Assembly: GCA_028715415.1 (NCBI GenBank)
Contig: JAQURX010000005.1
Span: forward strand, 64,043-128,042
Origin: Candidatus Omnitrophota bacterium
GTDB lineage: Bacteria > Omnitrophota > Gorgyraeia > Gygaellales > Profunditerraquicolaceae
Direction of reading: 5' to 3'
Length of the DNA stretch: 64,000 nt
The translations under genes and the position numbers were made by a program. This document shows, piece by piece, positions 10,892-20,252 of this stretch (position 1 is its first letter; the number at the start of each line of letters is the position of its first letter). A model generated the notes under the pieces. The model saw nothing but the letters and a program-made list of their open reading frames with translations, was not told the origin of the DNA and ran no database searches.

Positions 10892-10919
10892 ATTATATTA
10901 AGGCATGGTAAAATGTCAA
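10892..10919 (-). promoter_or_regulatory. Near-consensus sigma70 promoter (TTGACA-N16-TATAAT) for HTH-smc operon
   Basis: Minus strand reads cTTGACAttttaccatgccttaaTATAATaatatcaaaaggttaggtgaaaatATG. Confidence 0.45.
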
Positions 10920-11024
10920 GGAAAATCTTTACATTCTTTGACATTTATGTTCAGAAAGGATTGTTTCTTATGGTTTGGAGTCTATTTAGGTAATTACTTG
11001 TAGCAGAGACAGTTACAACAATAA

Positions 11025-11357
11025 CTAGATATTATTTTCTATTTCAAAAACCTCATTTTCATTAAAAAAATAGATTCTTTTATTAGCTTTTATTTTATCG
11101 GGAGTAATAACTAGAAATTCATTTGATTCAAAGATTGCTAAAACAGGCTCATGAATTATATCAGAAAGGTTTTCGTTAAGTTCCTCTCCGACACAAACAT
11201 TTGAAATTACAAATCTTTTTACACGATTACTAAACGAACGCACGCTGATCATTTTTATATCAGTATCTTTTACCTGCCAACCGGTAATTGACTCTGCAAA
11301 TTTTTTTAAAATCTCTCTTGAATGCTCAACAGCCGGCAACAACTGTGTCTCATTCAT
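11025..11357 (-). CDS. Hypothetical protein (about 110 aa from MNETQ start)
   Basis: ORF 11025..11399; internal ATG (MNETQLLPAVEH) preceded by AGGAGG, favoured over the track start, which lies in the repeat. Confidence 0.4.
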   Translation of the reverse strand: MNETQLLPAVEHSREILKKFAESITGWQVKDTDIKMISVRSFSNRVKRFVISNVCVGEELNENLSDIIHEPVLAIFESNEFLVITPDKIKANKRIYFFNENEVFEIENNI

Positions 11358-11373
11358 AATTACCTCCTTGCTA

Positions 11374-11481
11374 TTTGTCATTCCCTCTAACTTTGTCATT
11401 CCCGCGAAAGCGGGAATCTACGCTATAGCCTGGATCCCTGCTGGAGTTTATCCCTGCGAAAGCAGGGACAGGGATGACAAC
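11374..11481. repeat. Palindromic repeat element: half-site + hairpin A (ATTCCCGCGAAAGCGGGAAT) + complex hairpin-B variant
   Basis: tttgtcattccc...tgtcattcccgcgaaagcgggaatctacgctat...tggatccctgctggagtttatccctgcgaaagcagggacagggatgacaa; same B variant recurs at 24107-24160. Confidence 0.85.
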
Positions 11482-11630
11482 TCAATAAAAAAAGCAATTC
11501 CTCGTGATTGAAGAATTGCTTAAAAATCCAATTACTCTTTTTCCCATCACCACCTCCTCGTTTAACTGAGGACGTGCTATTTTATTGCCATTCTCATTAT
11601 ATGCTAATTTGAAAAAAAGTAAACAAAAAA

Positions 11631-11697
11631 ATAGGGACACATCCTATTTATTTTGTTAAATCGTCCTACAAAAAAACAACCTAGGATGTGTCCCTAT
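11631..11697 (-). terminator. Long stem-loop (15-bp stem ATAGGGACACATCCT / AGGATGTGTCCCTAT, ~37-nt loop) followed by a T-rich run on the minus strand; putative terminator of the PilZ gene
   Basis: Perfect 15-bp inverted repeat directly 3' of the 11703 stop; minus-strand downstream sequence is tttttttgtttacttttttt. Confidence 0.4.
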
Positions 11698-11702
11698 ATA
11701 TT

Positions 11703-12047
11703 CTAATATTTATTCTGGGAGGAGATTGTTCTTAAGACTAAGGGGATTGGTTTTAGTTTTTGGCCTTCTAACTTTACACCAAGTTTGAAAGAATCATTTC
11801 CAGTTGGATGTATCCAGATTACCTTGCCTTTTGTGCGGATAGACTCTCCATTATCAGGCATTGCCAACCATAAATCCAAAGTACTTCCTACGCTGACGTT
11901 ATCCTGAGTAATCAAACAAAGGCCGTCTTGGCTTATGTCGTTTGTTTTAGCAATACCGGAAGAATTTTCGTTGTTTAGACGGTAGGTGACAGACAATGGG
12001 ACCATGAATCTAACGCTTTCCCGTTTTTCATTAAAAAGGTGGCTCAT
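11703..12047 (-). CDS. PilZ domain c-di-GMP receptor protein
   Basis: RxxxR (RESVR) and DxSxxG (DISQDG) motifs at the spacing typical of PilZ. Confidence 0.7.
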   Translation of the reverse strand: MSHLFNEKRESVRFMVPLSVTYRLNNENSSGIAKTNDISQDGLCLITQDNVSVGSTLDLWLAMPDNGESIRTKGKVIWIHPTGNDSFKLGVKLEGQKLKPIPLVLRTISSQNKY

Positions 12048-12160
12048 CAGCTCCCCTTTCGTAATTCACCGTAGTAAGTTTAACTTGAATTTATACAGAT
12101 TACAAGGTAAAGAGGCCTTAAAAAGAAAACGCTTTCTTTTTACCTATTACATTGGCAGGC

Positions 12161-13363
12161 TTACTTATTAAGCCCTTCTTTAAATCTTTTTGTCAAGGCT
12201 GGAACAATCTCAAAAACGTCTCCCACAACTCCATATGTAGCAACTTTAAATATAGGAGCTTCGGGGTCTTTATTAATCGCAACAATGATTTTTGATGATT
12301 GCATTCCAACTAAATGCTGGATTTGGCCGGAGATTCCGCAGGCAATATATATTTTAGGGGCAACTGTCCTTCCAGTCTGGCCAACTTGATGAGAATACGG
12401 CATCCACCCGGCATCTACCGCAGCGCGAGACGATCCTACGGCAGCTCCAATTGCATGAGCAAGCTCTTCTAAAATCTTAAAATTCTCTTTTGCGCCCATG
12501 CCCCTTCCACCGGAAACAATGATATCCGCTTCCGCAATATTAACAAGCGATTCGATCTCTTCAACTATATCTATTAATTTCGTGCGGGAAGCATACAGTG
12601 TTTTATCAAAACTCTCCTTGATAATCTTTCCCTTGCGATGCTTATCAGGAGCCATTGGCTGCATTACTTTGTGCCTTACTGTTGCCATCTGAGGGCGGAA
12701 ATTAGGGCTAATGATAGTAGCCATAATATTTCCGCCAAAAGCTGGTCTTGTTTGAAGGAGTATTTTTTTCTCAGGGTCAATATCTAACCCTGTGCAATCT
12801 GCTGTAAGGCCTGCCTTAATATTAATCGCAACTCTTGAGATTAATGAGCGGCCGATTGCAGTTGCACCGCACAGCAGGATTTCTGGTTTGTACTTCTTTA
12901 TTAACTCAACAAGGATATTTGTATAAGGCTCGTCTTGGAAATTAGCAATCTCCGGCGCTTGGACAAGATAAATATTATCAGCACCATGCCAGACTAACTC
13001 ATCCAATTGATCATCAAGATCATTCCCGATCAAAACACCGCTTACCTGGCAATTTAATTTTTTGGAAAGCTCCTGCGCTTTTCCAAGAAGCTCATAGGAA
13101 ACAGACTGCACTTTACCGTTTTTCTGTTCAATAAAAACCCAAATTCCTTTGTAATCCTTGATATTCGGCAAAACACAAGTATTCTGAGGCTTCTCCAACA
13201 AAATTGCCTTAAATTTACATGCGCTTACGCAAGCTCCGCAAAGATTGCATTTATTAAAATCAATGACTGCTTTCTTATCTATTATGCGTATCGCACCAAA
13301 CGGACAAGTTTTTACACACAACGAACAACCAGTACATTTTTCAATAATAATTTGAATGGCCAT
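12161..13363 (-). CDS. etfA: Electron transfer flavoprotein alpha subunit with N-terminal 2x[4Fe-4S] ferredoxin domain
   Basis: CTGCSLCVKTCP and CNLCGACVSAC clusters, then ETF-alpha FAD-binding domain. Confidence 0.85.
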   Translation of the reverse strand: MAIQIIIEKCTGCSLCVKTCPFGAIRIIDKKAVIDFNKCNLCGACVSACKFKAILLEKPQNTCVLPNIKDYKGIWVFIEQKNGKVQSVSYELLGKAQELSKKLNCQVSGVLIGNDLDDQLDELVWHGADNIYLVQAPEIANFQDEPYTNILVELIKKYKPEILLCGATAIGRSLISRVAINIKAGLTADCTGLDIDPEKKILLQTRPAFGGNIMATIISPNFRPQMATVRHKVMQPMAPDKHRKGKIIKESFDKTLYASRTKLIDIVEEIESLVNIAEADIIVSGGRGMGAKENFKILEELAHAIGAAVGSSRAAVDAGWMPYSHQVGQTGRTVAPKIYIACGISGQIQHLVGMQSSKIIVAINKDPEAPIFKVATYGVVGDVFEIVPALTKRFKEGLNK

Positions 13364-13365
13364 AT

Positions 13366-14148
13366 TTAATGAACCTCATTCTTAAGTAAATCTACCAGCT
13401 GCTTAGCAATTTCAGGGGCTTCCCCTTTGAGCATCTGTCCGCCTTCTCTTTGAGGAGGCGTAAAGATCTTTACAACTTGGGTTGGCGAACCACAAAGCCC
13501 TATATTCTGAGCATCAAGCCCGAGTTCTTTTTGTGTTAAAACAGTAATTTTAGCACTTTTTGACTTCATTATCCCCTTTAATGAAGGAAGACGCGGCTCA
13601 TTTATCTCTTTAACTACAGTAAGAAGTGCCGGTAATGGAGTTTCAATTACTTCAAAACCTTCTTCCATCATCCTTTCAACGCGCATTATTTTTTCTTTTA
13701 CTTCTTCAATCTTTTTTACGTAAGTTACTTGAGGAATATTTAAATGTGTTGAGATTCCAGGGCCTACCTGCGCAGTATCTCCATCAGTAGCCTGTTTTCC
13801 ACAAAGCACTAAATCAAATTCTCCCAACTTTTTAATTCCACCCGCCAAAGTATAGCTGGTTGCCCAAGTGTCACTTCCTGCGAAAGCGCGATCGCATAAT
13901 AAAACACCTTCATCAGCACCTAAAGAAATTGCTTCTCTTAACGCAGCATCAGCCTGAGGAGGGCCCATAGTTATAACAGTAACTTTTCCGCCAAATCTTT
14001 CTTTAAGCCGGATTGCTTCTTCAATCGCATACATATCAAAAGGATTAATTATAGACTTAACACCTTCCCGGATTAAAGTATTTGTTTCCGGATTAATTCT
14101 TACTTCGGTTGTTTCAGGAACCTGTTTAATACAGACAATTATATTCAT
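13366..14148 (-). CDS. etfB: Electron transfer flavoprotein beta subunit
   Basis: 260 aa; MNIIVCIKQVPET... canonical EtfB N-terminus. Confidence 0.85.
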   Translation of the reverse strand: MNIIVCIKQVPETTEVRINPETNTLIREGVKSIINPFDMYAIEEAIRLKERFGGKVTVITMGPPQADAALREAISLGADEGVLLCDRAFAGSDTWATSYTLAGGIKKLGEFDLVLCGKQATDGDTAQVGPGISTHLNIPQVTYVKKIEEVKEKIMRVERMMEEGFEVIETPLPALLTVVKEINEPRLPSLKGIMKSKSAKITVLTQKELGLDAQNIGLCGSPTQVVKIFTPPQREGGQMLKGEAPEIAKQLVDLLKNEVH

Positions 14149-14149
14149 A

Positions 14150-15301
14150 TTACTTAGCCGCTTCCTTAATTACTTCTTTTCCAATAATATCACGCTGAAT
14201 CTGATTAGTTCCCTCGTATATCTGGGTGATTTTTGCGTCCCTGACATATTTTTCAATTGGATAATCTTTCATATAACCATAGCCGCCAAACAACTGCATT
14301 GCATCCAGCGTAACTTTCATCGCTACGTCAGATGCGTACATTTTTGCCATTGCTGACTCTTTTGAAACTCCGGTTATCCCCGCATCAACCATTCTTGCGG
14401 TTCCATAAACCAAACCTCTCGCAGCCTCAACTTCTGTTGCCATATCAGCAATCATCCATTGAATTCCCTGATTACTGGCAATTGATTTATCAAATTGGCG
14501 CCTTTCTTTTACATATTTTACCGATAAATCTAAAGCACCTTGAGCAATCCCTAATGCCTGAGCAGCAACTCCGGGACGCGACATATCAAAAGTTCTCATC
14601 GTCACAATAAATCCCATTCCTTCTTTGGATAAAAGATTAGTAGCTGGCACCTTGCAATCAGTAAATATCAATTCTCTGGTTGAGGAAGCGCGAATCCCAA
14701 ATTTATCTTCTTTTTTCCCAAAGGTAAAACCGGGAGTACCTTTTTCAACAATAAATGCTGAAGCTCCTCGTGCACCCTTAGCCTTATTAGTCATTGCAAT
14801 TACCACATAAGTTTCCGCATCCCCGCCATTAGTGATAAAATGCTTAAGGCCATTTATAACATAATGATCTCCCTCTTTTTTCGCGGTAGTTTTAATAGCA
14901 GAGGCGTCCGATCCTGCTTCCGGCTCAGTAATCCCAAATGCAGCTACCTTTTTCCCGCTGGCTAAATCAGGAAGATATTTTTTCTTCTGTTCTTCGTTTC
15001 CAAAAAGCACGATTGGAAAAGTACCTAGCGCAGATGCGGCATAGCAAACAGCAATCCCTCCGCAAGCCTTTGAAAGCTCTTCAGTCGCAAGGCATAAATT
15101 CATTACATTTATACCCATTCCGCCGTATTCTTCCGGGATAAATAAGCCAAAAAGGCCTGCTTCAGCAATAACTTTAATTACTTCCCAAGGATATTGTTCG
15201 GATTGATCATATTTAGCGGCAACAGGACGAATTTTTTCATCAGCAATCTTGCGTGCTAAATCTTTAACCATCTTTTGTTCTTCAGTCAGCAAATAATCCA
15301 T
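14150..15301 (-). CDS. Acyl-CoA dehydrogenase (butyryl-CoA dehydrogenase-like)
   Basis: 383 aa; ACAD N/M/C domains; YEGTNQIQ C-terminal motif; gene order bcd-etfB-etfA. Confidence 0.9.
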   Translation of the reverse strand: MDYLLTEEQKMVKDLARKIADEKIRPVAAKYDQSEQYPWEVIKVIAEAGLFGLFIPEEYGGMGINVMNLCLATEELSKACGGIAVCYAASALGTFPIVLFGNEEQKKKYLPDLASGKKVAAFGITEPEAGSDASAIKTTAKKEGDHYVINGLKHFITNGGDAETYVVIAMTNKAKGARGASAFIVEKGTPGFTFGKKEDKFGIRASSTRELIFTDCKVPATNLLSKEGMGFIVTMRTFDMSRPGVAAQALGIAQGALDLSVKYVKERRQFDKSIASNQGIQWMIADMATEVEAARGLVYGTARMVDAGITGVSKESAMAKMYASDVAMKVTLDAMQLFGGYGYMKDYPIEKYVRDAKITQIYEGTNQIQRDIIGKEVIKEAAK

Positions 15302-15351
15302 TACTCCCCCCTATGTTTAAATTTGAATTTATGATTTTATCACAGCGAACT

Positions 15352-15807
15352 TTAATTTGCAATATTTTTTACCAAAGCGATTTCCTGACAATTGGGGAAT
15401 TTGGGGCAGTTAATACACTCCGCCCAAATTTTATGAGGCAGGTCATCATGCTTGATTCTCTTAAACCCTAGTTTATTAAAATATTTCTGGTGATAAGTTA
15501 GGACAAAAACCCTTTTAGACCCAAGTTCCTTGGCCTCTTTGATACAAACTGATATTAATTCCTTCCCAATTCCTCTGCCCTGAAACCTTTCCTGGACAGC
15601 AAGTGATTTTATTTCTGACAAATCCGACCAGGAAATATGCAAAGCCGCACAACCTACAATTTTCTTCCCGTCAACATATACCCAGAAATCTCTTATACTT
15701 TCATAAAGCTCGTTTAAAGAACGAGGCAGCATCAAATCTTTATCTGCGAATGTATTAATTAAGCCCTGAATTTCTTTTATGTCACCGACTCTTGCTTTTC
15801 TTATCAT
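15352..15807 (-). CDS. GNAT family N-acetyltransferase
   Basis: 151 aa; acetyl-CoA binding motif region QGRGIGKELI. Confidence 0.7.
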   Translation of the reverse strand: MIRKARVGDIKEIQGLINTFADKDLMLPRSLNELYESIRDFWVYVDGKKIVGCAALHISWSDLSEIKSLAVQERFQGRGIGKELISVCIKEAKELGSKRVFVLTYHQKYFNKLGFKRIKHDDLPHKIWAECINCPKFPNCQEIALVKNIAN

Positions 15808-17051
15808 TTTTTTCCGTTTGCTTGTTTTATCTCAGTCTTTTTCGCTACAACAACTATCCCTGAATCAGAAACAGTAAATCGTTTCTTATCCTCTTCAGGA
15901 TCATAGCCGATAACCATGCCCTGAGGAATAATTACATCTTTATCAATGATTGCCCTTTTAATTTTTGCATAGCGCCCGACGTTCACGCCTTCCATTAAAA
16001 TAGAATCGTATACTTCGGAATAACTGTTAATGCGCACATTTGGCGATAAGATTGAACGCTGCACCCTTCCTCCGGATACAATACACCCCCCGGAAACTAT
16101 GGAATCAAGCACCAAACCGATTCTACCTGTGACCTCGTCTCCTGCAAATACCGTTTTAGCAGGCGGGAATTGTTCTTGAAGCGTTCTTGTCGGCCACTCT
16201 TTATCGTATAAATTAAATGTAGGATCAACCTGAACTAAATCCATATTTGCTTCATAATAAGCATCAATTGTCCCAATATCTCTCCAATAGGGCTGCAAAC
16301 CTCTTTTATTCTCATCGTCAAAATTGTAAGCTGCGATTTTCAAGTTCTTCTTTAACATCTGAGGGATAATATCCTTGCCAAAGTCATGGTTTGAAGCGCT
16401 TTTCTTTGCGTCTTCCTCCAATTCATGGACGATAACAGGATGCTTAAAGACATAAATCCCCATAGATGCATAAATCTTATCGGGTTTAGAGGGGATAGTT
16501 TTTGGTTTTGCTGGTTTTTCCTGAAAACCGATTACCATCCCTGATTTATCTACCTCAATTACGCCCAATTGAGAAGCCATTTCTTTTTCCACTTCAACAA
16601 CGCCTACGGTTAAATCCGCATCTTTTTCACGATGGAAATTAACCATTGTAAAATAATTCATTTTATAAATATGGTCTCCGGCAAGTATCAAAACATCTTT
16701 AGGATGGTCCATTTCAAGCGTATAGAGGTTTTGATAAATCGCATCCGCTGTTCCCAAATACCAGGAGTCCCCGATTCTCTGCTGGGCTGGCAGGATTTCA
16801 ATATATTCGCCTAACTCTGAAGAAAGGATATTCCATCCAAGACGTATATGCCTTTGCAAAGAAGCTGATTTGTATTGAGTAAGAAGGTAAATCTTGCGCA
16901 TCCCTGAATTAATACAATTGCTCAAAGTAAAATCAATAATCCTATAGATGCCTCCAAACGGAACTGCAGGCTTAGTGCGATCCTTTGTTAAAGGGTACAG
17001 CCTCTCTCCCTTGCCTCCAGCCATAATAAAAGTTAAAACGTTTCCTGTCAT
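15804..17051 (-). CDS. glgC: Glucose-1-phosphate adenylyltransferase
   Basis: 415 aa; GGKGERLYPLTKDRTKPAVPFGG nucleotidyltransferase motif plus left-handed beta-helix C-terminus. Confidence 0.85.
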   Translation of the reverse strand: MTGNVLTFIMAGGKGERLYPLTKDRTKPAVPFGGIYRIIDFTLSNCINSGMRKIYLLTQYKSASLQRHIRLGWNILSSELGEYIEILPAQQRIGDSWYLGTADAIYQNLYTLEMDHPKDVLILAGDHIYKMNYFTMVNFHREKDADLTVGVVEVEKEMASQLGVIEVDKSGMVIGFQEKPAKPKTIPSKPDKIYASMGIYVFKHPVIVHELEEDAKKSASNHDFGKDIIPQMLKKNLKIAAYNFDDENKRGLQPYWRDIGTIDAYYEANMDLVQVDPTFNLYDKEWPTRTLQEQFPPAKTVFAGDEVTGRIGLVLDSIVSGGCIVSGGRVQRSILSPNVRINSYSEVYDSILMEGVNVGRYAKIKRAIIDKDVIIPQGMVIGYDPEEDKKRFTVSDSGIVVVAKKTEIKQANGKK

Positions 17052-17647
17052 CTTATAAATGCCCCCATAATTCCGCGCCTGATCATCATAACTGCAATTG
17101 CGGCTAATAAGATATACATAATTTTAGAAAAAGCGCGTGTGCCACTTTCACCTGTATATTTAATTAGGATATCAGATTTCTCTAGAGTAATCCAGACAAT
17201 AAGCATATTAATCGCCAACGAAACAAAAGTAGCTAACGTTCCGTAGGTATCCAACACTATTAAGGTAGTTGTTAAAACAGCTGGCCCGGTGATTAATGGA
17301 GTCCCCAGAGGAAACACACCTACATCTTTATCATGATTGCTAACCATAAGCCCTTTACTTGCCCCGGGTAGGAGCAGACGGACAGAAATTACAAATAAAA
17401 GCATACCGCCTGCAATCTGGAAATCAGAGATAGTAATACTTAGCAGATTAAGCACCCACTTGCCGACAAACATAAAAGCCACAGCCATAAGCGTTGCGGT
17501 TACAACAGAATCAACTACAATTTTTTGTTTGTGTTTCTTATTGAGCCCTTCGGTAAGAGAAAGAAAAAGCGGAACATTGCCAATGGCATCCACAGCAACA
17601 AAGATCGGAATGAAGCTTAAGATGAATGGCTCTAATGATTTAAACAT
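17048..17647 (-). CDS. MarC family (UPF0056) integral membrane protein
   Basis: 199 aa, about six TM segments, MarC-like N-terminus. Confidence 0.6.
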   Translation of the reverse strand: MFKSLEPFILSFIPIFVAVDAIGNVPLFLSLTEGLNKKHKQKIVVDSVVTATLMAVAFMFVGKWVLNLLSITISDFQIAGGMLLFVISVRLLLPGASKGLMVSNHDKDVGVFPLGTPLITGPAVLTTTLIVLDTYGTLATFVSLAINMLIVWITLEKSDILIKYTGESGTRAFSKIMYILLAAIAVMMIRRGIMGAFIR

Positions 17648-17690
17648 ACTAATTATTTTAGTATAGTTTTAGAAAAAGGCAAGACTAAAT

Positions 17691-17924
17691 TTAGATGTCC
17701 AGCACATCTTTTATAAAAGGCTGCTCCCTTGGAAGCGGCCTAAGCGGCTCTTCATTTGACAAAGGCGGCTTAATGGTATTATTAAGATTTTCTATAGACT
17801 TATCCTGCTGCATACTTCTGATATTAACAGAAACCGGCTTCTTTTTGTTAATAGATAAACCGAGGATAAACAAGATTAATAAAGTAACTGTAATTACCCC
17901 AATAATAACATCTCTGCTTTTCAA
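17691..17924 (-). CDS. Small membrane-anchored hypothetical protein
   Basis: 77 aa, single N-terminal TM helix; last gene of the pilin-like operon. Confidence 0.3.
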   Translation of the reverse strand: MKSRDVIIGVITVTLLILFILGLSINKKKPVSVNIRSMQQDKSIENLNNTIKPPLSNEEPLRPLPREQPFIKDVLDI

Positions 17925-17928
17925 TTAA

Positions 17929-19614
17929 TTACCCTCCCATATCCTGCCATATTGGCCTAGTTGTCCAGGTTGGAGTAGCTGAATAATTTGTAAGATAAGG
18001 AAAGTATGGAGGGGCAGTCCCCGAAATCATTCTTGCATCATACACAAAATTCCTGCCATAACCATGCGTATTAGTTGTCCCGCTAAACTGGCCAAAGGCT
18101 CCATAATTATCAGTAATTACACCTCCAAGCAGAGTTGCAATTCCCTTAGGAGCTCCCGAATCATAATTTTGGACTGTAAAAACTCCGTTAGGCGCCATAA
18201 CTACTCCGTGTATTTCAATATTATTTGGGGCGCCAGAGCTTATTTCTACATTTCCATTCCAGGAAAGCAAACCTAATACATTAGAATACCCGCTAGCATT
18301 AAGCGAAGGCGAAGTATTATATTGTTCATACCTAATGTGGCTTGAAATAACTGCATTGTTATTAGCCGCAACAGTAAGATTAGAATTATGATTAACCGTT
18401 CCAGAAATAGCATTAATGCTTGATGCAGAATAAATCAACACACCTTCTCCTCCTGCCCCTTTTGGCAAACCACAATATGTATTCGTGCCGCTTCCATCAA
18501 CAACTGTAGTAGTATTTGCCGCATAATTAGCAGTAATTGTAGATATGTTTCCGCCCCGATTAATTGTATAAACTGCACTGTCTCCGGAACTACCCAATGT
18601 GATATTTGAATCGCCTCTAATATATATACCACCCGTTAAACAACTTCCATCATTAGGCACATATACTCCATTCGAACTTGGAACCGATAATGTTCCTAAA
18701 GCCTGATCTCGCATTTCAGTTTGAGTAACCGATGTAGGAAGCGTATTTACCGGAGAATTCCTTTGAAAGCCATTGGAGAAATTTGGCACATCAATAGTAC
18801 CATTGTGATCATTGGCAAGCGATTTTGTATTCCCGTTATTGTAATAATTAGCCAGATTATCAACCTGTGTAACAACTCCTCCGGAAAACTGCGGATTGTA
18901 AGCAAAAGAAAAACGCGTGTTAGTGGAAACTGGGCCGGAAAATTGGGTATTACCTGTAAACCATACCAATCCTCCATTTTGCATAGTATGGTTATTTGTA
19001 AAAAGCGCAAAACGCGCGAAATTGTTTCTTGTGATATCTACAAAAAAAGAACCTTGCGCCAATCTGACGGATTTTTGTATTGCGGTAAGAAAATTATTTG
19101 ATGTTCCTATAGATTCTATTCTATAGTTGTAAAAAAACCTATAAGCAACAGACCCATTATTAATCGGATTAGCACCGGCAGTTACAACCAACGTAGCTGC
19201 ATAACTGCCATTTACTCCTGTATTAAGCCCTGCCATTGTATTAATAGTAAGCCTTGCTTCTCCTCCTGCAACTGTAAACGCGGGATTAGGAGCATTTGTC
19301 CCATAATCCCTTAAAAAACCCAATGGATCATTATTAGTAACATAGGCGGTCAACAGCGCCCCGTTTGTCACATTAAGCATGTTCGCATTTAAATTTACCC
19401 CTGATCGAATTCTCAGCTCTGCATAAGCATTAGCTGCTCCTGCATCAGCAAGGTTTTGGGCTTGGATAACTGCTTTTTCTACACGAGCATACCTGCTTTC
19501 AGAAAGGATATTAGAAAAGTAAGCACCAACTAAAATAAGAATTCCGGTTATAAGCAAAAGGCTTATTATCAAAACCATCCCTTTTTTATTAGTTTTTCTT
19601 TTCATGGGAGCCAA
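17929..19614 (-). CDS. PilX-N-domain-like pilus-associated protein, large N/G/T/S-rich extracellular domain
   Basis: N-terminus KKGMVLIISLLLITGILILVGAYFSNILSESRYA resembles PilX_N; 561 aa, low-complexity Asn/Thr/Gly-rich body. Confidence 0.5.
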   Translation of the reverse strand: MAPMKRKTNKKGMVLIISLLLITGILILVGAYFSNILSESRYARVEKAVIQAQNLADAGAANAYAELRIRSGVNLNANMLNVTNGALLTAYVTNNDPLGFLRDYGTNAPNPAFTVAGGEARLTINTMAGLNTGVNGSYAATLVVTAGANPINNGSVAYRFFYNYRIESIGTSNNFLTAIQKSVRLAQGSFFVDITRNNFARFALFTNNHTMQNGGLVWFTGNTQFSGPVSTNTRFSFAYNPQFSGGVVTQVDNLANYYNNGNTKSLANDHNGTIDVPNFSNGFQRNSPVNTLPTSVTQTEMRDQALGTLSVPSSNGVYVPNDGSCLTGGIYIRGDSNITLGSSGDSAVYTINRGGNISTITANYAANTTTVVDGSGTNTYCGLPKGAGGEGVLIYSASSINAISGTVNHNSNLTVAANNNAVISSHIRYEQYNTSPSLNASGYSNVLGLLSWNGNVEISSGAPNNIEIHGVVMAPNGVFTVQNYDSGAPKGIATLLGGVITDNYGAFGQFSGTTNTHGYGRNFVYDARMISGTAPPYFPYLTNYSATPTWTTRPIWQDMGG

Positions 19615-19637
19615 CCTTTCATTTTTATAAATCTTAA

Positions 19638-20252
19638 CTAATGAGTTTCTATAACAGGGTTATTAGTTAAAGTTGTATCATAATTACGCAACATAACCCT
19701 TGAAGTTAAGGTAAACGGTAATCTATTCCTGTCAGATGCCGGCCTGTCTGAAGTTGAAATCGTAACAAGTATAATCGGGCAATCAGCTGCTGGAGTAGTG
19801 CAGGTATATGTAGCACAAGTAGCGCAACCAGCCCGGAAACTAACTGCACTAACGTAATTTGCCACAACCAACTCGGCATCCGTTCCCTCTTGATAAAGCA
19901 ACTGCTGAGAATTATTAGGATCAATCCTAAAAGTCGCTAATCTAAGAGTGGTAATATTTCCTGTTGCATCTAAAACAGGCACATAAAAATCAATCTGCTG
20001 ATTAGCATTAGAAATATTAACGCCATATATACCGCCAGCAGTCCATTGCCTACATGATTGCCTTAGGGCTTGAGCAATTCTATCCATACCCTTTCTGGCT
20101 TCTCTTTGCTCTGCAGATTGATGCATCCCAACTCTCCAACTCGTATTAGACATAGTAAATATGCCAAGCGCCGCAACTAACAGAGCAACAACTATGCCCA
20201 CCGAAATCATTAACTCAATTAAAGTATGCCCTCTATTCATATTAAACACCAT
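19638..20252 (-). CDS. Type IV pilin-like protein (prepilin N-terminal cleavage/methylation motif)
   Basis: MNRGHTLIELMISVGIVVALL = G|HTLIELM class III signal peptide. Confidence 0.6.
   Translation of the reverse strand: MVFNMNRGHTLIELMISVGIVVALLVAALGIFTMSNTSWRVGMHQSAEQREARKGMDRIAQALRQSCRQWTAGGIYGVNISNANQQIDFYVPVLDATGNITTLRLATFRIDPNNSQQLLYQEGTDAELVVANYVSAVSFRAGCATCATYTCTTPAADCPIILVTISTSDRPASDRNRLPFTLTSRVMLRNYDTTLTNNPVIETH

Noticed and set aside
10938-10980. Second arm of the 10.9-kb palindrome (CTTTGACATTT) as a plus-strand promoter.
   Set aside because: No acceptable -10 hexamer at 16-18 bp spacing (the best is TTGTTT), and no plus-strand gene downstream before 11025.
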